Source of the DNA: Squalus acanthias
Taxonomy: Eukaryota
Direction of reading: 5' to 3'
DNA length: 64,000 nt
NCBI GenBank assembly: GCA_030390025.1
Contig: CM059432.1
Span: 67,458,001-67,522,000, forward strand
The notes beneath the pieces are model-generated. The model was not told the origin of the DNA. It did no database searches and saw only the letters and a program-made list of their open reading frames with translations. Position numbers and translations under genes: made by a program. Positions 49,699 to 62,313 of this stretch are shown one piece after another (the first letter of the stretch is position 1; every line of letters starts with the position of its first letter).

Positions 49699-51279
49699 TA
49701 ATAGTACAAAACTCTCTAAAGTCTGCTAATGTAAATATTTTCCCACCAATAATTATGATTGCAGAACAATTGTTTGCTCATTTATTCACAATAATGTCAA
49801 AAAGAATAAATAATTCAGGGAACGGCATCTTGCTTAGTCAATGAAAAGCTAACTTGGGATGTATAACAGGTGGCCGATCCTCAACCGATAATTCTCTACC
49901 CGCTCCCAAAATGAAAATTGCCCCCATGAAGTTGAAATGAGCTGTTAATCTACTCAGGCTACTTAAATACTAGGTACAGCATCCGGCGGGGGGGAGTGGC
50001 AGGGGGGTGGTCTCTACAATATAATTTGAATGTCAAGTTGTTAATTGCTTGAATTTCCATCCTTTTCCAATTGTCTCAGTTGTATTTCTCGATTACTTGA
50101 TAAAAGTGAACAGTATTTTGCTAATAATGAAATCTCCTTTGGTAAGGCAAAACATTCAGAAATACCAGAAAACTTTTAATAATGCATTAATTTTTAAAAA
50201 GTAAAATAAGAAAGCACTTTAAGGAAATGGTATTTTAATGAACCCAATTATTTTGAGCCTCACTCAGCAGCGAATTATACTTGCAGAACAATTATGGAGG
50301 CAATTTTTTTTATTGCAGTGCACTGAAGTACATCATTGTACTTCAATGGGTTCGAATAAATTGCACTTGGAGTGGCAGGTGAAGCATAAGATAGAAAAAA
50401 AGCACAATTTTTCACCTTGTTTCATTCTCTTCTGTAAACTTTCAGGAGGTTAGTTGTTCCTATTGTTTCGAGGGATGGCCAAGTATATTCACCATTACCC
50501 AACAAGATGTGTAAATAAATATTTCCCAGTCCTCTGCCAATCCAACTTATGTGCAGGCTGGTAGCAGACATGGGACAGTGGCATGGGTTGATTTATCATT
50601 CAATTTTCTTATCCTGCTTTTGGGAAAAATGCCTGGTCTTCACTTAGTAACTATCCTGATGATTTGCTATTGGGAACTCACCATGTGGAGAATTATAGAG
50701 GAGAAGCCATGCCATAAAACAGGGTGGCATGGAGTATCATTTCAATAATGCCCCTCACTACCAGGCCACTTTAAAGTCATCCTTATATACCAGATTAACC
50801 ACTGGTGAAAATTAACTTTTCCTAAATGTTGTACCTTTTCAGACAAGTACATATGTTTGTGTGTATCATTCTTTCCTTTTCCCCACACAAACGGCCTGCA
50901 CTTTCAGGGCACTGTCACTGTGAACAAAACACAGTGCCACTCCTGGACTCCTTCTCCCTCAGTGTCATTTCTGGTCTCCACCTCTATCAGCCCCACTCCT
51001 GGGCTCTCTACTCCACCACCCCCCCGCCCCCCCCCCCCCCATGCTACGGCACTGTTCTTGATTTAATACCTCCTGTTGCTGCTGCAAGGGACTGAATGGC
51101 ATTCCACTATATGAATGGCACTCTCATGAGATCAGGAAATCCATCCATGTAAATGGCCCTGAACAGGAATTCTGGATGATTGTGGGGCAATGCAGAAACA
51201 GTGCACTCAGGTTCACTGCTCCTGTGTGGCACCAGGGCGAGGGGTCTGGAAAATCTGCCCCTATGTCTACTAATTCCCC

Positions 51280-51610
51280 TAGATCTACTTCAACATCATC
51301 CGTAGGCATTTCAACTGCCCACACCTAGTTTGGTCTCGTCTGAACAACTGGTATTACTTCTGAATCCAAGTTGCAAATGTAAATTAGAAATGATAGAAGT
51401 CCCAGCATTCCACTCAACACTTTGCCCCCATCCTGGCATTACTTTGCTAATAAGCCCATGTTCCTTCCTTCTCCTTATACAGTATTTTACCCATTTTTTT
51501 GCCTTGAATCCCCACTGCATTAAGCTTAAGTAGACATAGTTCATGCAGAAGACTTTTTGGAAGTCAATACACATACCATATCATAGGGCTTTCCGTAGTT
51601 CACTTGGAAT
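51280..51610 (-). mobile_element. Ancient CR1 fragment
   Basis: CIDFQK.F and DETKLG remnants. Confidence 0.55.
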
Positions 51611-51879
51611 GGAACTTCCATTTAAACTGCACAGTGCTCTGGGCAAAAAAGTCAAGGAAGTCATGCAACTTTATGTCACCATTACTGATATTTATCTGAT
51701 GATTTGGGATGGATAAATATATTACATATAACTGACGTTAACTTTTACTGCACATTTTATATTTGAATATTTGCCATGTGTAGTTCTGTTTTTCAGGTAC
51801 CTTTACCTAAATGGGTAGAATGTTCTGAAGTCAGAGGTATAAGCATTCACCATAAATATGCTTAAGGCTTATTAAATTA

Positions 51880-53408
51880 ATGAATTCTATAGATTCTGGA
51901 ATGGTTCCTGCAGATTGGAGGATAGCAAATTTAACCCCGCTATTTAAGAAAGGAGGGAGAGAGAAAACGGGGAACTACAGACCTGTTAGCCTCACATCAG
52001 TAGTTGGGAAAATGCTGGAATCTATTATAAAGGATGCAATAACTGGATACTTAGAAACGTTTCTAAGTGCCCAGTTATTGCATCCTTTATAATAATAGCA
52101 AGATTGGGCAGAGTCAACATGGATTTATAAAAGGGAAATCCTGTTTAACAAACCTATTGGAGTTCTTTGAGATGTAACTAGTGGAGTAGACAAAGGAGAA
52201 CCGGTAGATGTGGTGTATTTGGATTTTCAGAAGGCCTTCGATAAGGTCCCACACAAGAGGTTGGTGAACAAAATTAGGGCACATGGACTTGGGGGTAATA
52301 TACTAGCATGGATTGAGAATTGGTTAACAGACAGAAAACAAAGAGTAGGGATAAACGGGTCTTTTTTGGGATGGCAGGCTGTGACTAGTGGGGTACCGCA
52401 AGGATCGGTGATTGGGCCCCAGCTATTCACAATCTATATCAATGATTTGGATGCGGGGACTAAATGTAACATTTCCAAATTTGCTGATGACACAAAGCTA
52501 GGTGGCAGTGTCAGTTGCGAAGAGGATGTGAAGAGGCTTCAAGGGGATCTCGACAGGCTCAGTGAGTGGACGAGAACATGGCAGATGGAATATAATGTGG
52601 ATAAATGTGAAGTTATCCACTTTGGTAGAAAAAACAGAAAGGCAGAGTATTTCCTAAATGGTGAAAGATTGGGGAATGTTGATGCTCAAAGGGGCCTGGG
52701 TGTCCTTGTACATGAGTCACTGAAAGTGAATGTGTAGGTGCAGCAAGCCATTAGGAAGGCAAATGGTATGCTGGCCTTCATTACAAGAGGATTTGAGTAC
52801 AGGATTAAAGAAGTCTTACTCCAATTATATAGGGCCTTGGTGAGACCACACCTGGAGTACTGTGTACAATTTTGGTCTCCTTACCTAAGGAAGGATATAC
52901 TTGCCATAGAGGGAGTGCAACGAAGGTTCACGAGATTGATTCCTGGGATGGCGGGACTGTCGCATGAGAAGAGATTGAGTAAACTAAGCCTGTATTCTCT
53001 TGAATTCAGAAGAATGAGAGGGGATCTCATTGAAGCATCCAAAATTATTACAGGGCTTGATAGGGTGAATGCTGGGAAAATGTTTCCCTTGGCTGGGGAG
53101 TCTAGAACCAGGGGCCACAGCCTCAGGATAAAGGGTCGGCCATTCAGGACTGAGATGAGAAGAAATTTCTTCACACAGAGGGTGGTGAATCTTTGGAATT
53201 CTCTACCCCAGAGGGCTGTGGAGGCTCAGTAATTGGGTATATTCAAAACAGAAGTCGATAGATTTCTGACTAGTAAGGGCATCAAGGGATATGGCAATAG
53301 GGCTGGTGAATGGAGTTGAGGCAGAAGATCAGCCATGATCTCACTGAATGGCGGAGTAGGCTCGAAGGGCTGAATGGCCTACTCCTGCTCCGATTTATTA
53401 TGTTCTTA
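51880..53408 (+). mobile_element. 5'-truncated CR1 LINE, few lesions
   Basis: ORFs 51880-52092, 52210-52737 and 52738-53232 together give RT and the C-terminus; 3' UTR and tail follow. Confidence 0.92.
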
Positions 53409-53708
53409 TTAAATAAAGGAATTGATCTGGGTTCTGCTAGCTTTTCTTCCACGTTATTTATATCCTGGATGTGGTGGGCACTTTTTAGGAACATTGGAAC
53501 ATAGGAGAGGAGTGGACCATCAGCTCCTCGAGCCTGGGTCCACCATTCTATTGGATCTGATCTGTATCTAAACTCCATTTACCTACATTTGCTTCCTTTC
53601 CCTTGATACCCTTACCAAGCAAAAATATAGATCACCATCCTGAAAATGTTAATTCACTCAGTATTCGCAGCCTTTTGGCGGAGAGAGTTCTAGATTTCCA
53701 CACTCATT

Positions 53709-54480
53709 GGGCTCGATTTTGTCATTGGGGCGGGCTGGGGTCGTGTCATTCGCTTTTCGTGTTAGCCACCCGACTCCAATTGGATGTGGGAGAATTATTC
53801 GATTTTCCCCTAATTGGGCAATTGAGTTCCAGCATGTGGGAACCCATGACCCAATTAGTTTTTTCAGTCTGAAAGTTGCCTCTGATGATGTCATCATTGC
53901 TGCTGCATTTAAGGTCTGCAAAGACTGGGAAGCTTTTGGTCTTTGCTGTGAGAGGGACCTGGAGGCAAAATGAGCAGCAGGAGACCTAAGTCTGCTCCCA
54001 GATTTTTTTTGTACCACCACCACCACCACTACTACTACTACTACTACTCCAGGCTCCAAAGTTCCACAACAATGGTTATGACTGCTAAAAGTTCCCCCAG
54101 AATGAAGATTGATCAAATCTCCTTCTTAATGGTGGACCTGCAGCTGATAGTCAGCAATCCAAGTGTGCTACCGCCAGGTTTCACCGTCGTGTTTCAGAGG
54201 AGGCGTGCATCACGTCGGAAAAGTGTTAAAATCAGAAAGGCCTCCCAAAATGGGATTATAGAGGCAATTAAGTGGTTGTTAAGGGCCTTAAGGGCCTATC
54301 CCCCCTCTTGGAGGCGGGACGGAGACGGGATCAGAAACCACGCATTTGGGAAAATTGCTCGGAGGCGGGATGGAGGCGGGGTCGGGTTCACAGATGTGAT
54401 TTCCAGTTTTTAAAAAAAAGTAAAAAGCTTAACTGCAGACTGCAGCATTTGACACGTTGGACCCCCTGTGACCCCACCTC
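53709..54480 (-). mobile_element. Harbinger MITE (inverted family member, one end lost) with (CAC)n(TAC)n expansion at ~54013-54047
   Basis: ATT|GGGCTCGATTTT start. Reverse complement of the 62314-62959 sequence. Confidence 0.8.
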
Positions 54481-54690
54481 ATTGTCTTAGCTGTATTCTG
54501 CTGTGTCTTTGATGTAATGCCTCCCTGACGGATTGTATCTCTGCAGACACATTGTTCTCTGTCTATATATGCTTTGTAACTGATTTGTATTCCCTCACTT
54601 TACCTGATGAAGGAGCAGCGCTCCGAAAGCTCGTAATTTCAAATAAAACTGTTGGACGATAACCTGGTGTTGTGCGACTTCTCATTTTTA
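54481..54690 (+). mobile_element. Penelope-like element terminal fragment, second family
   Basis: Hammerhead motif followed by AATAAA and ctgttggac.ataacctggtgttgtg, a typical PLE pseudo-LTR layout. Confidence 0.65.
54600..54636 (+). ncRNA. Minimal type I hammerhead ribozyme
   Basis: TTAC-CTGATGA-A-GGAGC(AGC)GCTCC-GAAA-GC-TC-GTAA. Stem I is TTAC/GTAA, stem II is GGAGC/GCTCC, the core is intact, and stem III is palindromic (AGCT). Confidence 0.75.
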
Positions 54691-55298
54691 CTTCTAAATG
54701 GCCTAGCTCTCATTTTAAGTTTATGCCCTCTTGTTCTGGATTCCTCACCAGAGGAAATTGTTTCTCTGTATTTACCTTATATAATCCTTTATCATTTTAA
54801 ATAACTTTGTTAGATCACCCCTTAATGTTCTAAACTCAAAATATACCCAGCACCAAAGGTGCTCTAGAACTTCTTTCTTTATTATCTGAAATGTTGCTGC
54901 AGTGACTGTTCCCAAACGTTATATTATATATTAACTAAGTGTATGATTTATGAACCCTGTTTGCTCAATTAGTTTACAGCAATTATTTGACTTTTGACTT
55001 TACTGCACTGCACTGCACCTAAATGCTTTTTGCCTGGCCTAATGTGCATGTAATTTCCAAAGTCGAAACTTCACAGCCATCTGAGTTGTTATTGATTATA
55101 TCCTAACCAGAGTTGAATACTACAAGGTTATGTTCAGAATAATTTAACCAGCATGGATTGCAATGACCTGATGATCGCTGAAAGGGAAGAATCTGTCCTC
55201 AACATAAAAGATAATTGGCTGCCGCGTTTCCTACATTACAACAGTGACTACACTTCAAATTGGAGTCTTGAATTAATGCCGAAGAAGAGCTGAGGCTT

Positions 55299-55967
55299 TG
55301 GGGTAATTTTAACTCCCAAAAACGTGTGGATTTGGGACATGTGGGAAGTTAAAATTTAAAAAGTTTCAAACCTGAACCCAAGCCGCCTCAAACCCGCCCA
55401 TTTCCCGTTTTAATGAAGGCAGGATGGGGGTCGGGCGACCAATCCGCTCTCAGGAAATCTTTTAAGGAGGCTGCGTGCAGCCATTTTAACAAGGTTTCTA
55501 TTTTTAAACTACTGTTGGCCTGGTTTCCCTGGGCTCGGGAAAACTGGCAGGGAAAAGAAGGCGAGAAGGGCCAGATCCATAAGGTCCATAAGCCTTTATA
55601 GCACTGCATGTGGACCAGGAGGAGCAGGAGTGTTTCCTCCAAGCCCAACAGACTATCCTGCAAAACCCCCACCTTCACGGTCTCCGACCTCCGATCTACC
55701 CCAACCCCCCTTTCCCCCGTGATCACCGACCCTCCCACTCCGCCCATGATCTCTCCCCTCCACCACCAGTAAACCTACCAGCTCCTGGGCTGTGCTCTTT
55801 TGCTGCAGCCTTCCCCACCTGACTGGCAGTGAAGCCAGTCAATCAGGCTGGCTGTCGGGCGGGAAATCTAAAAAAAAATTAAAACGCGCCCTGCAGTACT
55901 TCCGGGTTTCCCATTCATAACTCCTTCCCCCCCACTCTGAACGTACACCTCAGTAAACATCGGCACC
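55299..55967. mobile_element. Non-autonomous Harbinger-like element
   Basis: Starts GGGGTAATTTTAAC. Internal similarity to 10930-11280. Confidence 0.5.
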
Positions 55968-56949
55968 TTTATCTCTGCATTAGTACTTCCTGGAGTCTCT
56001 GGGGGTAATTTTGAGATTGACCGTGGGTGGAGAACTTGTGGATGTGGATTGGCTACCTGTTATGATTGGCTAATCATAATATGACTAGGCAGAGTCAACA
56101 TGGTTTTATGAAAGGGAAATCACGTTTAACACATTTATTAGAGTTTTTTGAGGATGTAACTAGCAGGGTAGAAAAAGGGGAACCAGTGGATGTAGTATAT
56201 TTGGATTTCCAAAAGGCATTCGATAAGGTGCCACATAAAAGGTTGCTACACAAAATAAGGGCTCATGGGGTTGTGGGTAATATATTAGCATGGATAGAAG
56301 ATTGGTTAACGGACAGAAAACAGAGAGTAGGGATAAACAGGTCGGGCTCAATTTTAATGGAGGAGGTGGGATGGAGTCGGGTTACTTGGTGGGCGGGTTC
56401 CAGTCCCTGCTGCTGGTTTAATCCGCTCCAGCTTTGCAATTTTAATTCAATTGGCCTATTAAGCCCCGGCGGGCACGTTGGCTGCTGCAATGAGTGGGAG
56501 CAGGTCTGTTGCTCTCCACTAATGAGGTCATTGCTGCAGTGGTTCTTAAGGGGCCCAGTTAGCCCCATCCTCTCATTTCTCCTTTTGGCTGCAGTTTGGA
56601 TGATCCCTGGCTGCAATGAGTGCTGGCAAATCAAAGGCTGCTCCCAGATTTGATGCGGACTCCCTCCAAGCTCTTGTGGAGGGAGTAAGAGGGCGCAGGG
56701 ACATCCTGTTCCCTTGGGATGGCCAGAGGAAGCCTCCTCAGCAAATAAGACAGCCTGGCTGCACATTGCTGAGGAGGTCAGCGCAAGGTCCGTTTGTTCA
56801 CGCACCTGGCTCCAGTGCCGGAAACGATTTAATGATCTTCTGCGATCATCAACAGTGAGTATCACATCACGCTTAACTTCACTCTGCTTCCCTCCTCTTC
56901 TCATCACCAGCACTCTGCTTTATAAGCCTGCTCCTCCACATCCTGGCTG

Positions 56950-57447
56950 CAGTAAGGATGTGATTGCATTGGAGAGGGTGCAGAGGAGATTCACCAGGAT
57001 GTTACCTGGGCTGGAGCGCTTCAGCTATGAAGAGAGACTGGACAGGCTGGGGTTGTTTTCCTTAGAGCAGAGAAGGCTGAGGGGGGACCTGATTGAGGTG
57101 TACAAAATTATGAGGGGCATAGATAGGGTAGATAGAAAGGAACTTTTCCCCTTAGTAGAGCAGGGGGCATAGTTTCAAGGTAAGGGGCAGGAGGTTTAGA
57201 GGGGATTTGAGAAAAAACTTTTTCACCCAGAGGGTGGTTGGAATCTGGAACTCACTGCCTGAAAGGGTGGTAGAGGCAGGAACCCTCACAACATTCAAGA
57301 AGCATTTAGATGAGCACTTGAAACGCCATAGTATACAAGGCTACGGACCAAGTGCTGGAAAATGGGATTAGAATTGATAGGGCTTGATGGCCAGCGCGGA
57401 CACGATGGGCCAAAGGGCCTCTTTCTGTGCTGTATAACTGACTCTAT
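56950..57447 (+). mobile_element. CR1 3' fragment in Myb intron 1
   Basis: KDVIALERVQRRFTRMLPG...RRLRGDLIEVYKIM followed by a 3' UTR. Confidence 0.88.
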
Positions 57448-58098
57448 CCCAACTTACCCTTACTTCCCTTGCTTACCTATCCATCTCTCTCTCTGTACTG
57501 AATCACTTAAACATCCTACTCTGCAGCCCTCACACTCGCTCTCATTGTTATGCAATCACAACAACTAACAACGCACAGGAAGGCTCGTTCCTCTTGCCAC
57601 CTCACTCCATCTTGGTCTCCCTCTAAGCTTCTATCTTCTGAATTCTTCACACTCACTCCATCACTCTTGCTGAAACTCCATTTGTGTCCCTCCTTGCAGG
57701 AAAAGATAGCCCACAATAAGAGGGAGAGATCCAAGACAGGAGGAGGCCCTCCATCCCTCGCTACACTTACATTGGCTGAGGAGGCTGCTCACAAAATCGT
57801 GGGAGGTGGCGAGGACCTGGAAGTGGGGGACGGAGAGACGGGTGCAGTGGAGGAATCTGGTGACAGATTTTCAATCCCTCCCATTAAGATTTCATGATTG
57901 ACTGCAATGGCATATGATCTTCATAGAGATTAACATCTGAGCATCTGCACAATAGGAAGTGTCTGCTACCTAAAAATCAGATGTCTAACTCATGCCTTTA
58001 CTCTCCCACAGGACCATCGAGAGCCCCCCTTCCCCACTGTCCAGGAGGAAGAGTCAGACGACTCCTCAGAGGAACCTCCAGCCTCTGAGGGAGCAGTG

Positions 58099-59747
58099 TG
58101 TAGAATTCGCAATATATCGCGATTTTATTAATAAGGAGAAAACACAAAGTTTCGTTCAAACAGCTTTTATTTCAGTAGAATGCTGGCAGGTTTAAAGTGG
58201 ACACAAGCAGCCTGTAAAATGGCCGCCGCACCTCGTGACAGAACATTCTAGACTTTTCAACAGGCAGACAAGATGGCGTTCCAATAAACATTTGTGCAAG
58301 ATCGATTAAGATTCAGCACAGTGAAGATAATACACGAGACATTATGGGTTTGCAGTATACACATAGATACTGAAATCGGTCTCCCAGGTACAAAGGAAAG
58401 CCATTGTACCGAGGAATCAAGGGCCCATCCAAAAGACATTAATATGTAAAATCCCAACGACTCTACGATGAGAGAGCCGTTAGCAGGTAGTTATACAGGA
58501 CACTTGGAAGCCCCAAACCCCTCCAGGGAGAACACCGACCGATTTAACAATGGGAGAAATATTAACAGGTACTCAGACATTTACGAGTAGCCCCGAAACC
58601 CATTAAGAACGGAGATCACCCATACAAGACATTTGAGCGCCAGACCTTAAACAAAAGAATGGACATTATAGTTGGGCGGGAAACGGAAGATTTTGCACTA
58701 TAATTGCAGGCTCCAAACCGTCCATTCTCTCTCTTGCTCCTGTGCTTTTATCCGGTCGATTCGTAACCTCGTGGCTGCTCCTGTGTACTCGTAGTTGGGC
58801 TCGCTCCTGCTTGCCTGTTGCCTCTTCTGAAAAGACTGTTGAACTTTCTGATCCGTTCGGATCTACCTCGTGTCGCGTAACGAAGACCTATGTTGGTAAC
58901 TGGCAGCGGAACCGAAGGCCCGAGATGAGATGAGATGAGATGAGATGAGATGAGAAGAGAGGAAGACCATATCCATCGCCACGGTCAGTAAATCCCGACC
59001 GCGCCTGTAGGTCGACTGTCCAAGTTTTCCTTGCTAGGAAGACTTCTTTGAACTTGCAAGGAAACATATCGTATCGACGATATCGACAACTGTGCTCGAA
59101 GAGTACCTGTTAAACCAACCAACACAGGTCTTCATCACAGCAGACGGTCCAGCCTGCTAGCCGGAGCAGCAGAAGCAAGTAAACAAGTGGGACCAGGAGA
59201 TCTCCTGACCGACACATGGGTGCTGCGGTGAAAAACATCCGATCAGCTATTCGGAATTTCTCCGAGTTATCACGAGTGGTGAGCATGAGTCTCGAAATCC
59301 TACGAATCTAGTTTAGGATAGATATTGATAGGGGAGGGTTTAAGGATTAAGGATATTTGTAATGTGTGCCCCTATTTATTTTGTGCCGTTCGTTCCTCGT
59401 TTCCCTAAGATCGACTATATAACTGTTTGTAAGATTGTACTGTCATTAATCTGTGCTTATGACATGTATTTCATAATCTTAAGTAACATGCAATAAAGAT
59501 TTTCCATTTCGTACCATTCAAACCAAGTCTACCTGAGTTTTATCTCCATTACTGCTCTCGCATCTAAGTCCAGTGTCTAGAACCGTAAGGGAGAGTGATT
59601 CGAACCACTCACAGGTGTGTCTAGTGTTCCCAGACTGGCTGGAGACCAGAACAGGCAGCAAGGCCTAGACCCGCACTGACATACAGGCTGCACAGAGCCG
59701 CGTGAACCTCACAGGCCACGAGACACGCAGGGTCAGAATCCCTTACA
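58099..59747 (+). mobile_element. Solo LTR, family A (1649 bp)
   Basis: TGTA...TACA termini. TSD AGTG at 58095-58098 and 59748-59751. (GAGAT)n at ~58922-58955 and AATAAA at ~59492. Confidence 0.9.
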
Positions 59748-61680
59748 AGTGTCACCAGGGCGCAGCGCACCCAGCACCAGTGCAGATACGCACACCTCGG
59801 TGGGTCCTTCGCGACATAGAGTAGTGTTGTTACCTGGTGTATCACAGCTCACAAGTGAGGATCAGCAGCTGGTGGAGACAGCGACAGCAGTGGAGAGTCC
59901 TTGTCGGAGGTCACAGGACACTCCTAGCTCTGCTCAGCTGCATGTAGACGCTATGCCCCTGGGGCCATCCAGAAAGAGTGTGGTGCTGGAGCTCCAGGAA
60001 CAAGTGCAGGAGTCTCTGACAGGGTTTGCATCCAGGGTAACTGCGCATGTGGAGAGAATGGAGGAGTCCATCTCTAACAAGAGCTCTGCCTTTGTGGAGG
60101 CAATGGCGCACGAATGTGCCGCCTTGGAGAGGGTGGCAACTTCCTTGGAGGACATAAGTCACCAGACACAACAGAGCATGGTGACTCTTCTAAATAGATG
60201 GTCAGCTATGGAGGATAGATGGACATCTATTGAGGAGAGACACCAGAGGTACATGGATGTTCCCGTTATGAGGACTGTCAGTACAGAGATGGGTCCTCCT
60301 GGCCCCACTGATGTGCAGCAAGGTGCTCTCCAGCCACTTGCTAGCAGTGAAGTGCGGGCGACCCATGAGAGGGATGTTGGTGGTCGACAACCAGGAAGTG
60401 TGGGCTTCTCTCCAAGCGCTCACACGACCATGCCATTGTGGAGCCCTCAGTCAGAGCCCCAGCTTCCTCACCCAACTGAGATGGCCAGTTCAGCCCCTGC
60501 ACAGCTGCAGGAAGAGCAGACTGTGGAGGAGCCCTCCCAGGCTCCCAAACCCAGAGGACGCCCGCCAAAGGTGTCTAAGAAGGCGCAGCATCAAATTGAG
60601 CAAGCGGCCTGTACATCTGCTGAAGCCACAGGGGAACCACCACATAGAAGCACGCGTAAGAGGAAGTTGAAACACAAATAGTCACAAGGGTAGTCACTTG
60701 GTTGGTTTGTTATATTGTTATCTTTACAATGTCATCCTTTTGTGATGTTATTAAACTAAAGTGATGGTAAAGAGTTGAAGTTCTGGCCTATGTGTTGTGG
60801 GAAGTGGAGGTTGTTTGCGCTCAGACAAAGTGACCAGAGGGTATTCCAAGGAGGTCACACTGTAAATGGTTTCCAGCTAGAAGATTCACAAGATTAGTAG
60901 AGCTGAAAAAGGCTTGGGCAAACCTCACACCACTAAGTTGTGGCATCTGAAACGCAGAGATGATACAGGAATGCTGTGTAGCTGCTCGAGCAGCTGACAA
61001 CAGTTCAAGCCCTTGCTGAACCCGGCTCGATTCAGCTGGCGTGTTTTTGTGAAGGTGGGCAGCATGCTGAAAAACCACCAAAATCGGAACAGGCAGTGAA
61101 AATAGGATTATCCAGGCAGTTAACAAGCTGTTAACTGCCTTAACTGCCTGTCCCGCCATTTGCTGTCAGGTCAGTTCGGGAGCGGGTGACCCGACACATG
61201 CGAAAATCACATGGAGGCAGGATGGAGGCTAGTTCGCATCCCACCGGCAGTTTTTCCGATTTTCGCGCCCAACCCACCTCCAGACCCGTCCGCTCAGCTG
61301 AATTAAAATCGAGCCCGTCATTTTCCGGTTGGCTAGTGGGGTGTCGCAGGGATCAGTGCTTGGGCCTCAGGTATTTACAATCTATATTAATGACTTAGAT
61401 GAAAGGACCAAGTGCAATGTATCCAAGTTTGCTGACGATGCAAAGCTAGGTGGGAAAGTAAGCTGTGAGGAGGACACAAAGAGCCTGCAAAGGGATATAG
61501 ACAGTTTAAGTGAGTGGGCAATAAGGTGGCAGATGGAGTATAATGTGAGGAAACGTGAGGTTATTCACTTTGGTAGGAAGAATAGAAAAACAGAATATTT
61601 TTTAAATGGCGAGAAACTATTAAATGTTGATGTTCAGTGAGATTTAGGTGTCGTCATACAGGAAACACAGAAAATTAGCA

Positions 61681-61799
61681 CAATAGCAAAATACTGCGGA
61701 TGCTGGAAATCTGAAATAACAACAGAAAATGCTGGAAACGCTCAGCAGGCCAGGCAGCATCCGTGGAGAGAGAAACAGAGTTAACGTTTCAGGTCTGTG
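61681..61799 (-). mobile_element. Penelope-like element terminal fragment
   Basis: 14-bp TSD ACAGAAAATTAGCA at 61667-61680 and 61800-61813. Matches 31750-31860. Confidence 0.85.
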
Positions 61800-62313
61800 A
61801 CAGAAAATTAGCATGTAGGTACAGCAAGCAATTAGGAAGGCAAGTGGCTTGTTGGCCTTTATTGCAAGGGGGTTAGAGCAGAAGAGTAAGGAAATCTTAC
61901 TACAGTTGTACAGGGCTTTGGTGAGACCACACCTGGAGTACTGAGCTCAGTTTTGTGCTCCTTATCTGAGAAAGAACATACATGCTTTAGAGACGGTGAA
62001 ATGAAGGTTCACTAGATTGATCCCTGGGATGAGAGGGTTATCCTATGAGGAGAGATTGAGTAGATTGGGCCTATACTCTCTGGAGTTTAGAAGAATGAGA
62101 GGTGATCTCATTGAAACATAAGATTCTGAAGGGGATTGACAGGGTAGATGCTGAGAGCTTGTTTCTCCTGGCTGGAGAGTCTAGAACTAGGGGGCGTAGT
62201 CTCAGGATAAGGGGTCGGTCATTTAAGACTGAGATGAGGATGAATTTCTTCACTCAGAGGGTTGTGAATCTTTGGAATTCTCTACCCAAAAAGGCTGTGG
62301 ATGCTGAGTCATT

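Larger units (their letters stand above)
53490..54840 (-). mobile_element. CR1 3' fragment (53490-53708 and ~54690-54840) interrupted by a MITE and a PLE piece
   Basis: CR1 3' UTR and the reverse complement of the C-terminal coding sequence lie on both sides. Confidence 0.7.
56616..60681 (+). pseudogene. Harbinger Myb/SANT-like gene; exons 56616-56854, 57700-57859, 58012-58098 + 59752-60681
   Basis: APRFDADSLQALV...AWLHIAEEV...QCRKRFNDL, then GTGAGT. Exon 2 reads EKIAHNKRERSKTGGG. Exon 3 stays in frame after removing the LTR and one TSD. C-terminal PRGRPPK and RKRKLK. One frameshift at ~56745. Confidence 0.88.
56344..61316 (+). mobile_element. Harbinger 5: complete, Myb-only element
   Basis: 15-bp TIR GGGCTCAATTTTAAT / ATTAAAATCGAGCCC with 1 mismatch. 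TSD GTC at 56341-56343 and 61317-61319. No transposase motifs seen. Confidence 0.9.

Noticed and set aside
12057..59747. Two same-orientation LTRs as the ends of one 47-kb provirus
   Set aside because: Each has its own TSD (GTCA, AGTG), they are visibly diverged, and no PBS follows the first. They are independent solo LTRs.
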